Of a stretch of DNA of 64,000 nt, positions 10,701-19,101 are shown one piece after another (position 1 is the first letter of the stretch; every line of letters begins with the position of its first letter). The stretch is taken from positions 258,584-322,583 of the forward strand of contig JACKPM010000001.1 of NCBI GenBank assembly GCA_024233495.1, written 5' to 3'. The position numbers and the translations under genes are program-made. The notes beneath the pieces were generated by a model. The model had not been told where the DNA came from and made no database searches. It saw nothing but the letters and a program-made list of their open reading frames with translations. This DNA is from Chlamydiales bacterium. GTDB taxonomy: Bacteria > Chlamydiota > Chlamydiia > Chlamydiales > JAAKFR01.

Positions 10701-12236
10701 CTTCTGTCGAATCGCTGCCATACCCTTAGCTACAACATAGAGCGAGCCAGGACGGAAACCTTCAACAACCTTATCCTCCATAGCAGGCGCATAAATCACA
10801 AGGCCAAGCTTTGGATTTCCCTTAGGATTGTAGTGGGCAATTGGGTAGTTCGCTTTTCCAAGCTCGCCGCCTTCTCTTTGCCACTGGTCTTTCAAAAGTG
10901 TTGCAAGTGTCTCGGCTTGCATTTGTGCAATTTTGCCAATGTCAAGGACGAGCAAACTTGAGCTGTTGGTCAACTTGTTTAATGTGACAACAAAGTCAGA
11001 GACTGAGGGAGTAACCGTCTCATCTGAAGTGCGTGAAACAAGGGCAATTTCGTTGAAGAGAAGTTGGTTAAGCTTCTCTTTTTCCATGGCTGCTACTTCT
11101 GTGCGTCCTTGAGCGGCGCGAAGTTGCGAGACGTCATCGTGCAAGACGAGCTCAACTTGATCGCGACTCCAATCAATTTCAAGCTGCTTCACAAACGGGT
11201 TGCGCTCTCCAAGGGAGACAATTTGCACCTTTGTTGCAGGAATTTTTTCGCTTTCAAGCTTGGCAATCACAGCGTCGCGCTGCAAAGGCTTTGGCCCCGC
11301 TTCAAATGCTTTGCTGTTGCGGCGCAAAATGGTAAGCGCTGAGTCTACCATTGTCTTTTGGTTGCGGAATACTTCAAGGCGTTGCTGTTGCGCAGAGTCG
11401 AGGAAGGCACCCTCTTTTTGCAGCTGCTTCTGCTCCTCCTCAAGTTTTATAATGCGGGAGCCTAATGTCTTGCCTACGCCCTCTAGACGACCCACAAAGC
11501 TGTGGACAAGAGAGGCGCGATCTTTTTTCGTATCAACTGCAGTGAAGCTTGCAAAGTAACGCTTTGTGATTGCGCTGTTGTCGCCAAAGGTATTCTCATA
11601 CTCTACAATCGAGCGAGCAAGGCGTACAATGGCTTCATTTTCATCTTCACGTGAGCCTGTGATGCTCTGCAATACGCGACTTGCTTCACTTTCACCACCA
11701 AGAGAAACTGCAATTTCAGCAACACGCTCACCCACCAAGTGGCGATAGGGGGCTGAGAGCTCTCCACTCTCCATCTTAGGAATAAATTGGAAGTACTCAT
11801 TCAAGGAATTGGGATCTAGATGAACACCAATCCTTCTCTGTACAACGACTGTTTTGTCGTCTACTTCAACCGGGGAGAGTTGCGCAGGAACAAAGGGAAT
11901 TAGCGCCCCTGCACGGTAGAGTGTTTGTTTGAAAAGCTGAGCATCGGACTCTTTTTTAAAGGTAACGCGCGCCAAGCGAGGATCGTCTCGATCAATCGCG
12001 ATTGAAGTGGTCTTAGCACCAATGTTTTTCGCCTGAGCCTTTAGCCATGAGAGAGTGAATGTCTCTAGGCCATTGACTCGCTCCACAATTTGCCCTGAAA
12101 TGCGGCTCGCTTCTTTCTCGCTAATTGGGCTCTTAAGAGGGCGGGAGTAAAAGAAAATCGTGGGAAGGATGTTGTAAATTGTAAGGGCGAGGACAGCGAC
12201 GATGAGGAAGGTTTGCCACTTCTTGCGTTTTTCCAT
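7716..12236 (-). CDS. secDF: Fused protein-export membrane protein SecD/SecF
   Basis: 1506 aa. It has a large periplasmic N-terminal region followed by two RND-like 6-TM SecD and SecF blocks. The fusion is typical of Chlamydiae. Confidence 0.9.
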   Translation of the reverse strand: MEKRKKWQTFLIVAVLALTIYNILPTIFFYSRPLKSPISEKEASRISGQIVERVNGLETFTLSWLKAQAKNIGAKTTSIAIDRDDPRLARVTFKKESDAQLFKQTLYRAGALIPFVPAQLSPVEVDDKTVVVQRRIGVHLDPNSLNEYFQFIPKMESGELSAPYRHLVGERVAEIAVSLGGESEASRVLQSITGSREDENEAIVRLARSIVEYENTFGDNSAITKRYFASFTAVDTKKDRASLVHSFVGRLEGVGKTLGSRIIKLEEEQKQLQKEGAFLDSAQQQRLEVFRNQKTMVDSALTILRRNSKAFEAGPKPLQRDAVIAKLESEKIPATKVQIVSLGERNPFVKQLEIDWSRDQVELVLHDDVSQLRAAQGRTEVAAMEKEKLNQLLFNEIALVSRTSDETVTPSVSDFVVTLNKLTNSSSLLVLDIGKIAQMQAETLATLLKDQWQREGGELGKANYPIAHYNPKGNPKLGLVIYAPAMEDKVVEGFRPGSLYVVAKGMAAIRQKYQELPDSTEKSAYEADFMKLQEIMRSNGFIGYAGKNSGLPAGHDDDYVFELDDYYSYLIAATREEFQVKGSKKFALLEFTNVEERMLTRNKIETRIQEDLVKWQDEYRQARVSIDPQTRFDVPKPTQNVLLSNLKLSTLKYFRGDERKILKWGLDLSGGKTVRIGLKDQNNVAITDENDLRQAVNELYQRVNRLGVSEVGIRTEGSNIVLDFPGSQALSASELIQSSAMYFNVVNEKFTRENPTLAEAVNTFLEEVWNEAVITNRTDTESLNEIAWQHLGGSLDHPDEFTPYTSHAKLLYENGLRLAGPRSAPRSSAFDDTLSAITRFRGSDYTDWQGQTYPLIIVFRNYALEGANLNDIQSGYDPKDGNTLYFGVKSSYVNSFGQKVNPRDAFYTWTSQFSEEKIAGTPKENYSRGRGWRMAVILNGSVITAPTLNASLRDSAHITGHFSQREVNSLVADLKAGSLSFTPQILSEENVSPDLGKEQRTQGIVAAALGLLLMAAIMCSVYRFSGVIACVAVIVNLLIIWGVLQNLGAALTLPGIAGIILSIGMSVDANVLVFERIREEFALSGRLPSAIAAGYRKAYSAIIDSNLTTILAAIILLNFDAGPIKGLALTLIIGILSSMFTALFMTRFFFAGWVQNPKHKVLKMVHLFKETKFDFLKKARVAIISALVVILVGGFFLIKERHSIFGMDFTGGYALSVDLQEQSGLAYRKEAEQALVKAGASSVDFQIQELNRPNQLRIQLGMGMEQQGGAFSDLSAVKVPENPLFAYQTYPRIVWIVNALEAQGLQLNPASLEDLNLHWTEMSGQLSETMRNQALFGLILALIGILIYITFRFEFKYAISATVAIAHDLLVTLGVLAILHAFFGVVQIDLQVIAALMTIVGYSLNDTIIIFDRIREDIRLMRKSRFVDVVNHALNATLSRTVMTSGTTLAVLLALVIFGGASILNFALIMTLGVAIGTFSSLFVAAPVLLYFHRKNEETEESVKKV

Positions 12237-12346
12237 GCTAATGAATCCTTTTTTTAGAATCCAAGGATCATAGCAATGTTGTATCTAACTGTCAACATCT
12301 CCTTGAATTGAATAGGGCAATCGATTATGGTGAATCAATAATATAG

Positions 12347-13102
12347 ATGACAGCACAACTAGAAGAGACGATCCACTTTACGCAAGATGAGCTCGCCGCA
12401 CTCAATCGCGCAAACATCCCTCGACACGTCTCCATCATAATGGATGGAAACAGACGGTGGTCGCGCCAGCGCAACCCTTTAAACTTCACAAGTGGCCACT
12501 GGCAAGGAGCTGAAACAGTGGATACGATCGTGGAAGCTGCGATTGAAATCGGTATTGAGGAGCTTACACTCTACGCCTTTTCCACTGAGAATTGGAAGCG
12601 CACTCCTCTTGAGGTTAGCACACTCCACGCAATTTTAGAAAAATACTTAAAAAATAAGTGTGATAAGATGATGGAAAATGGTGTGCGCTTCGATGTGATT
12701 GGCGATCCCACTCCCTTTCCAGAAAGTGTGCAAAAGGAAATTTTACGCGTGAAGCGGAGAACAGCCGATAACTCTAAATTAAAGTTAACTCTCGCCCTTA
12801 ACTATGGTGGACGGGATGAACTGCGTCGTGTTTGCAACACTTTGGCGCAAAAAGTAAAATGCGGCGAACTTGCTGAGATTACAGAGGATGAAATTGAACA
12901 GCATCTCGATACGGCTCACCTTCAGCCACTTGATCTATTCATCCGCACGAGTGGGGAGATGCGAGTGAGCAATTTCTTGCTCTGGCAACTGAGCTATGCA
13001 GAAATCTATGTGACCAAAACTTTATGGCCTGACTTCACGCCTCATCATCTTTTAGATGCGGTTTTGGAATATCAGAAAAGGGAGAGGCGAGCAGGAACAT
13101 GA
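12347..13102 (+). CDS. uppS: Isoprenyl (undecaprenyl diphosphate) synthase
   Basis: 251 aa. IIMDGNRRW and RTSGEMRVSNFLLWQ motifs. Confidence 0.9.
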   Translation: MTAQLEETIHFTQDELAALNRANIPRHVSIIMDGNRRWSRQRNPLNFTSGHWQGAETVDTIVEAAIEIGIEELTLYAFSTENWKRTPLEVSTLHAILEKYLKNKCDKMMENGVRFDVIGDPTPFPESVQKEILRVKRRTADNSKLKLTLALNYGGRDELRRVCNTLAQKVKCGELAEITEDEIEQHLDTAHLQPLDLFIRTSGEMRVSNFLLWQLSYAEIYVTKTLWPDFTPHHLLDAVLEYQKRERRAGT

Positions 13103-14004
13103 GCGGCAAAAAAAAGATGGGCGATCTACGTTACCGCATTCCAATTTTGAGCTTTGTCACATTACTTGTGGCATTTTTCATTTTTCTTGGTGAATACCAC
13201 CCCATGCGGTGGGTGTTCACTGCCTTTGCGGCAGGTGTGGCCTCTATCGCTCTTTTTGAGTACTACATGCTTGTGAGGCAAAAAGGGTTAACACCCGCGA
13301 TTACGTGGGGGATCATTGCAACAGTTCTCTATATATTTGCCCTTTTTTTTAAAACTCAAGGTCCTCACCATCATTGGGATGCGCTATGGCAAAAGATGCC
13401 TGAAATTGTGCTAGGAGTCGCCTTTTTTGGCTGCTTTGTTCGCTTTGCTTGGTCGGGAAAAGAGCCGATCTTGAACATTGCTACGAGCTTTTTAGGGATT
13501 GTTTACCTTGCTGTTCCATTTGGGATGTTTGTGCGCATCATGTATTTCTTTGTCTTTGATGGGATGGAAGATCCTCATTTTCAGGGGGCTTGGTGGATTC
13601 TTTACTTGGTCGCAGTGACAAAAAGTGCTGATATGGGAGGTTATTTTGTTGGGAGGTTTGCAGGAAGGCGGAAGCTTGCCTTTAAAATCAGCCCCAACAA
13701 GACGTTTGAAGGGGCGCTTGGTGGTCTTCTCTCCTCTGTGATCATTAGCCTTGTGATCTGCTCTTTAGGAAAGCGTTTTGGACATGTCTTTGTGGGCTTC
13801 TCCTACGTGAGCTCAATCTGGCTCGGTATTTTGATTGGCATTTTGGGGCAGATTGGGGATTTAGCTGAGTCGCTCTTGAAGCGGGATGCTGATGTGAAAG
13901 ACAGCAATACCCTTCCTGCTGTGGGGGGCATTTTAGATATGACGGATTCCATTTTGTTCACTTCACCTGTTGTCTATATTTTCTTAAGGGTGTTGTACGC
14001 GTGA
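13099..14004 (+). CDS. cdsA: Phosphatidate cytidylyltransferase
   Basis: 301 aa, polytopic. SDMGGYFVGRFAGRRKL...SPNKTFEG signature. ATGA overlap with uppS. Confidence 0.9.
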   Translation: MSGKKKMGDLRYRIPILSFVTLLVAFFIFLGEYHPMRWVFTAFAAGVASIALFEYYMLVRQKGLTPAITWGIIATVLYIFALFFKTQGPHHHWDALWQKMPEIVLGVAFFGCFVRFAWSGKEPILNIATSFLGIVYLAVPFGMFVRIMYFFVFDGMEDPHFQGAWWILYLVAVTKSADMGGYFVGRFAGRRKLAFKISPNKTFEGALGGLLSSVIISLVICSLGKRFGHVFVGFSYVSSIWLGILIGILGQIGDLAESLLKRDADVKDSNTLPAVGGILDMTDSILFTSPVVYIFLRVLYA

Positions 14005-14648
14005 TTATTGTGATTGATGGTCCAGCGGGAACTGGAAAAACAACGATAGCAAAGATGATTGCAGAAAAAATTGGCTTTCACTACTTTGACACGGGCGCTC
14101 TTTACCGCTCTCTTACTGTTGTATTGATGGAGAAGGGAGTGGATGTAAAGGATAGTACAAGAGTGCACTCTGTTCTCCAAGATTTTCATTTCGATGCGAA
14201 AGAGGGACGCTACTTTGCAAACGGAGAGGATGTGACAGAGAAAATCCGTACTCCTGAGGTGACAGGGCATGTTTCAGCAGTTGCTGCGCTTCCTATTGTG
14301 CGGGAGATGCTGATCCATGTGCAGCGCGATTTCGCAAATGAGCGCAATGCAGTCTTCGAGGGGCGAGACTTGGGAACGGTCGTTTTTCCCAGTGCCCATC
14401 TAAAGATTTTTCTTACAGCGCGTCCAGCAGTGCGTGCTGAGCGCCGTTATCTTGAGTTGAAAGAGAAGGGGATTGGCACAACAGAAAAAGAGGTGTTAAA
14501 CCAAATCACTGAGCGCGATCATTTTGATAGCACGCGTGAAATTGCCCCTTTGAAGCAAGCAGAAGATGCCCATCTTATTGATACCTCGGACCTCACAATT
14601 GAGGGAGTGGTTAAAAAAATTGAAACCTTGATCCCTACAAAAAAATGA
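14001..14648 (+). CDS. cmk: Cytidylate kinase
   Basis: 215 aa. P-loop IDGPAGTGKTT. GTGA overlap with cdsA. Confidence 0.9.
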   Translation: MIIVIDGPAGTGKTTIAKMIAEKIGFHYFDTGALYRSLTVVLMEKGVDVKDSTRVHSVLQDFHFDAKEGRYFANGEDVTEKIRTPEVTGHVSAVAALPIVREMLIHVQRDFANERNAVFEGRDLGTVVFPSAHLKIFLTARPAVRAERRYLELKEKGIGTTEKEVLNQITERDHFDSTREIAPLKQAEDAHLIDTSDLTIEGVVKKIETLIPTKK

Positions 14649-15250
14649 TCTTTCGCTTTTTTGCCTCCCTCATTGTACGCCTCTATTTCATGCTTTTTTT
14701 CCGTCTGGAAGTGCATGGAAAAGAGAACATGCCGAAGGGACCTGCAATTATTGCAGCGAACCACGCTTCTTTTTTTGATCCCCCGCTCATCGGCTGTGTG
14801 CTGTGGCCACGTGTTCCTTTCTTCCTAGCCAGAGGATCGCTTTTTAACTCTAAAATTTTTACCTGGATACTGAAACAGTGTCGATCGCTGCCCATCAAAA
14901 GAGGTGGGGAGAACGCAGCTCTTTTCCGCGAGGTGATGCGCATCACAAAGGAGGGGCGCAAAGTGACGCTTTTCCCAGAGGGGACGCGCACAAAAGATGG
15001 TGAGCTTCAGCCTCCACTCCCCGGCATCGGTCTTCTTGTCCAAAAAGCCAACTGCCCAGTTGTGCCCATGTATATTGAAGGGACATATGATGCATGGAGC
15101 TGTCACAGAAAGAAGCCAAAGCTTTGTGGTAAGATCAAACTCACCATTGGGGAGCCCATTAGCTTTGCAAATCAAGAGGGGGACCGAAAAGAGATTCAGA
15201 GACAAATTGGTGGGGAGATCATGAGAAAGATTGGAGAGTTGAAGAGATGA
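14645..15250 (+). CDS. plsC: 1-acyl-sn-glycerol-3-phosphate acyltransferase
   Basis: 201 aa. HX4D motif (NHASFFDP) and FPEGTRT. ATGA overlap with cmk. Confidence 0.85.
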   Translation: MIFRFFASLIVRLYFMLFFRLEVHGKENMPKGPAIIAANHASFFDPPLIGCVLWPRVPFFLARGSLFNSKIFTWILKQCRSLPIKRGGENAALFREVMRITKEGRKVTLFPEGTRTKDGELQPPLPGIGLLVQKANCPVVPMYIEGTYDAWSCHRKKPKLCGKIKLTIGEPISFANQEGDRKEIQRQIGGEIMRKIGELKR

Positions 15251-16914
15251 CCTTGATTTCGGATATTGATCAACACGTGGAGAAAGCGCTTCACGAAGAG
15301 TTTCCTGACCTCTCCCCCAAAGTTGAAGTTACCCCTGCTACATCAGAAAAGTTTGGGCACTATCAGTGCAATAGTGCAATGAAGCTTGCGAAAGAGGCAA
15401 AAAAGGCACCCCGTGAAATTGCTGCTACGTTGGCAAAGCGACTTGAAAACCCCATGTTTGCCAAAATTGAAGTGGCTGGACCTGGCTTCATCAACTTGAC
15501 TCTCGATCCTCACTACATGGGTGAGCGTCTTACGGCAATTGCGCATGACCCTCGCCTCGGGATTCCGCTCCCCCAAAAAAAGCAGCGCATCATCGTGGAG
15601 TTTTCTTCACCTAACATTGCAAAAGAGATGCATGTAGGGCATTTGCGCTCCACTATCATTGGGGACTCTATCGCCCGTCTTTTCGAATTTTTAGGGCATG
15701 ACGTGCTCCGACTCAACCACGTAGGCGACTGGGGCACAGCGTTTGGTATGCTCATTGCTTACATGCGCGAAGAGGTGAAAGATACCTCTAATGCCCACCT
15801 CCCTCAGCTCATGGAGTGGTACCGTGCATCAAAAGAGAAATTCGATGCTGATGAAGCGTTCAAGCAGCGTTCTCGGCAAGCTGTTGTGGCACTTCAAGCA
15901 GGGGAGGCACAAGAGGAGTGGGAACAAATCTGCCAAATCTCCCGTGAAGCCTTCCAAGAAATCTATGACATCCTAGACATTCATCTCCAAGAGCGAGGCG
16001 AATCGTTCTATAATCCGGAACTTCCTAATATTGTTGCAGATCTTGAGAAGAAAGGGCTCATCACTGTTTCAGAAGGAGCAAAGTGCGTCTTTCATGAAGG
16101 CTTTCGCATTCCTCTTATGGTGCAAAAATCAGACGGTGGCTACAACTATGACACGACGGACATGGCGGCTATGCTCCACCGTGTTGAAGAGGAGAAAGCT
16201 GACCGCATCATCGTTGTGACTGATGCGGGACAAAGTCTCCATTTTGATCTCATCTGTCGAACAGCAGAAAAAGCAGACTACTACGATCCTGAGAAAATGC
16301 GCTTTGACCACGTCACCTTTGGTGTCGTACTTGGGGAGGATGGAAAGAAGTTTAAAACGCGCTCAGGCGATGTTGTGCGCCTTGCAGACCTTCTTGACAA
16401 AGCAGTTGAAAAGGCGCATGCCATCCTTAAAGAGAGAGGAGCTCCAGAAGAGATCGCCCCCATCCTCGGTATTGACGCCGTAAAATACGCTGATCTCTCA
16501 TGCAATCGCGTGAGTGACTATGTCTTTAGCTTTGACCGCATGCTCCGTTTTGAGGGTAATACAGCTGCCTTTATCCTCTACTCCTACGTGCGTGTCAACG
16601 GCATCAAACGAAAAATCGGTGACTTCAACCTAGAAAACGAAAAAATCGTGCTTGAGCACCCCTCTGAAATCGATTTAGGGCTCACACTACTTCGCTTCCA
16701 TGAAACACTTGAAGCGATGGAAAAAGAGCTTTACCCTCACTACCTAACGGAATACCTTTATATTCTTGCGCAAAAGTTCAATAGCTTTTTCCGCGACTGT
16801 AGAGTAGAGGGTGTGCCAGAGCAAAATCGCCGTCTACTGCTCTGCGAGTGTACTGCTCGCACAATGGAGCGCGGCCTCACTCTTCTCGGCCTCAAAACCG
16901 TCGACCGCATGTAG
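15247..16914 (+). CDS. argS: Arginine--tRNA ligase
   Basis: 555 aa. HVGHLRS (HIGH-type) motif and a C-terminal anticodon-binding region ending in ...DRM. ATGA overlap with plsC. Confidence 0.95.
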   Translation: MTLISDIDQHVEKALHEEFPDLSPKVEVTPATSEKFGHYQCNSAMKLAKEAKKAPREIAATLAKRLENPMFAKIEVAGPGFINLTLDPHYMGERLTAIAHDPRLGIPLPQKKQRIIVEFSSPNIAKEMHVGHLRSTIIGDSIARLFEFLGHDVLRLNHVGDWGTAFGMLIAYMREEVKDTSNAHLPQLMEWYRASKEKFDADEAFKQRSRQAVVALQAGEAQEEWEQICQISREAFQEIYDILDIHLQERGESFYNPELPNIVADLEKKGLITVSEGAKCVFHEGFRIPLMVQKSDGGYNYDTTDMAAMLHRVEEEKADRIIVVTDAGQSLHFDLICRTAEKADYYDPEKMRFDHVTFGVVLGEDGKKFKTRSGDVVRLADLLDKAVEKAHAILKERGAPEEIAPILGIDAVKYADLSCNRVSDYVFSFDRMLRFEGNTAAFILYSYVRVNGIKRKIGDFNLENEKIVLEHPSEIDLGLTLLRFHETLEAMEKELYPHYLTEYLYILAQKFNSFFRDCRVEGVPEQNRRLLLCECTARTMERGLTLLGLKTVDRM

Positions 16915-16998
16915 TTGTACGGTTTATGCATATTGAGCCGTTTCTCGTGTAGCTATCTCTCGGATTGCTTCTACTTCATTTATAACTGGGGCTGTATA

Positions 16999-17153
16999 GT
17001 CAAATCGGTTGAAAATTTTACAAATTCATACCATTTGGCTTTACCAAAGATCGTGCTCGTTCTCATAAGACCATCAATGGTCTAAGTCGAACTCCGCGCT
17101 TACTTTGGCTTTGCCATCTGGCACGAATTTGTAAAATTTTCAACCGATTTGAC
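16999..17153 (+). mobile_element. MITE family B, copy 2
   Basis: 155 bp, flanked by TATA on both sides, with the same TIRs and core as B1 and B3. Confidence 0.85.
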
Positions 17154-17226
17154 TATAAAGGAGACAAACGGCGAGAACTATTCCTAAGCAGAAGAAGAAA
17201 ACACATTGTTTCATGTAAGGGGGTTA

Positions 17227-17388
17227 GATGGTGTCGTCAATTTTCTCCTTTGTCAGCCGGATCTTTTCTGTTAAAATGCGCCTTCGCAACCTCGGAAGTA
17301 GCGCTTTGGCTACTCCCTTCGCTTTCGATTGCGCATTTTGCCTAGAAAATCTCTCGCCTCACAAAGGAGAAAATTTGACGACACCATC
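17227..17388 (+). mobile_element. MITE family A, copy 3 (162 bp, 1-nt deletion in the left TIR)
   Basis: TA at 17225..17226 and 17389..17390. It lies 6 bp from the epmB-like stop, in the convergent argS/epmB spacer. Confidence 0.9.
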
Positions 17389-17395
17389 TAGAAGT

Positions 17396-18358
17396 TTAAA
17401 CTATTTCCGCTACAAGTTTTTTGTGCGCTTCACCAGCGACCTCTTGCACATAACGAGGCAAGGAGTAGCCCGAAAGAGACTTTGCAAGCATCTGCATGAT
17501 TGCGAGCCCCTCTTCATGTGGTACCTCAAAATGCGCGCCTCCTTCAACACGGTCGAGTTGATGCAAGTAGTAGGGCAAGATGGCGTGGTCAGCAAGCTCT
17601 TCAAAAAGGCGTTGCAACACATCCTCAGAGTCATTCACTCCTTTTAAAAGAACAGATTGATTGAGAACAGGGATGCCAAGCCGAGAAATCTCGCCAAGAT
17701 GTTCAAAGAGGATGGGGTCAATCTCGTTCGGGTGGTTGATGTGCACAACAAACCAAACTTGTTGAGGAATCCGTTCAAGTAGCTGTAAAAAGCTATTATC
17801 AATTCTCTCAGGAATCCCCACTGGGAAGCGGGTATGAAACCGAATCCTTTTAATATGAGGAAAATTGAGTGCATCAAGAATCTCTTCGAGTTTTTGATCA
17901 GAGAGTGAGAGGGGATCCCCACCACTCAAAATCACTTCATTGAGCTTGCTGTCTTCTCGAATCGCTCTGATCTCATTCTCAAGTGAGGCGACTTCATAGG
18001 GAAAGTGGCGGCGGAAGCAGTAGCGGCAATGCATGGCACACGCAGACGACGTAATCAGTAGAGCGCGATTTTTGTACTTTTTTAAGAGGCGAGGTGTCGT
18101 CTTTGCTTCAAGGTCGCCCACGGGATTCTTTACAAAATTAGGAACTGCTTTCTCCTCATCAAGGAGGGGCACAAATTGCCGCAAGATGGGGTCATCAAGT
18201 CGCCCTTTCTCAATCTTGTGCGCAAGACGGCGGGGAAGGTTGAGAACAAAAGAGGGCTTTCTAACAAGATGCTCACACTGAGAGGGATCGAGATTTAAGA
18301 AAGAGCAAAGAGTTTCGATGCAGGTGAAGTTTTCCCGCTGAATAGCGCGCCAGTTCAT
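17396..18358 (-). CDS. epmB: Radical-SAM lysine 2,3-aminomutase family protein (EF-P beta-lysylation EpmB/KamA-like)
   Basis: 320 aa. CAMHCRYCFRR (CxxxCxxC) cluster, and a length typical of EpmB rather than full KamA. Confidence 0.75.
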   Translation of the reverse strand: MNWRAIQRENFTCIETLCSFLNLDPSQCEHLVRKPSFVLNLPRRLAHKIEKGRLDDPILRQFVPLLDEEKAVPNFVKNPVGDLEAKTTPRLLKKYKNRALLITSSACAMHCRYCFRRHFPYEVASLENEIRAIREDSKLNEVILSGGDPLSLSDQKLEEILDALNFPHIKRIRFHTRFPVGIPERIDNSFLQLLERIPQQVWFVVHINHPNEIDPILFEHLGEISRLGIPVLNQSVLLKGVNDSEDVLQRLFEELADHAILPYYLHQLDRVEGGAHFEVPHEEGLAIMQMLAKSLSGYSLPRYVQEVAGEAHKKLVAEIV

Positions 18359-19101
18359 TAGAGTGTATTTTTAAAGTAGATGGCCATATCGGCCCCCTTC
18401 ACAATGTGAATAGGAAGCGTTCTAGCAAGTTGTTTCAGGTATGTATGGATGGAAATAAAATCGTGCCAAATAACAATGGCCTTCTCATCCAAGATAGGAA
18501 GTGTTTTTTCGGTGTCACTTTTTACGCACTCGTAGGAGTGTCCACCATCAATGAAGGCAAAGTCTATAAGACCAAACTTCTGGAAATCATATGTGGTTGA
18601 GTCACCATAGTGTTGCACGATCTTCTTTTCCTGAGGAGTGTGGAGAAACCGTCGGTTACGCTTTGTCTCGCTCTCAATGCACCACACATCTGACTCAAGA
18701 GTAGGGAGTTTCGTTTTAGGATTGTCATAGGGCAGATCAAGTGTATGAATTACAGCGTTATCTGGAGTGTTAAGGGCCATTTGGAAGGTGGTATTCCCAT
18801 CAAATGTGCCAATCTCCAGCACTCTTTTGCTGCCAAAGCGGGAAAGCAAAGAGCAGATCACCAACTTCTCAAAATAAGTAGAGTTCGCAGCGCGGTAACA
18901 AAAGTTGTCTAGGTGCACTTGGGTTTTTGCATCGATGAGCTCATCAAGGGTGATAGTATGAAAAGGACTTTGCACCCCCGTCTCATAAACGTATTTAATA
19001 CCGGCCTTGATGCCTCGCAGTAGAAGAGAGGGGCTCTTCAGAGCAAAGCAGCAGGCATCGAACCGTCTTTTGTGCTTATTAAACTGAGTAACAGTTTTCA
19101 T
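18358..19101 (-). CDS. Class I SAM-dependent methyltransferase (Methyltransf_24/TylF-like)
   Basis: 247 aa. VLEIGTFDGNTT (motif I) and FAFIDGGHSYECV. Its start overlaps the murA stop (ATGA) and its stop overlaps the epmB start (TAATG). Confidence 0.7.
   Translation of the reverse strand: MKTVTQFNKHKRRFDACCFALKSPSLLLRGIKAGIKYVYETGVQSPFHTITLDELIDAKTQVHLDNFCYRAANSTYFEKLVICSLLSRFGSKRVLEIGTFDGNTTFQMALNTPDNAVIHTLDLPYDNPKTKLPTLESDVWCIESETKRNRRFLHTPQEKKIVQHYGDSTTYDFQKFGLIDFAFIDGGHSYECVKSDTEKTLPILDEKAIVIWHDFISIHTYLKQLARTLPIHIVKGADMAIYFKNTL

Noticed and set aside
1152-12000. Numerous 60-140-aa ORFs antisense to or out of frame within gltX, tsp, recJ, secDF and other large genes
   Set aside because: They are fully embedded in strongly supported housekeeping CDSs, lack motifs, and are typical shadow ORFs in mid-GC DNA.
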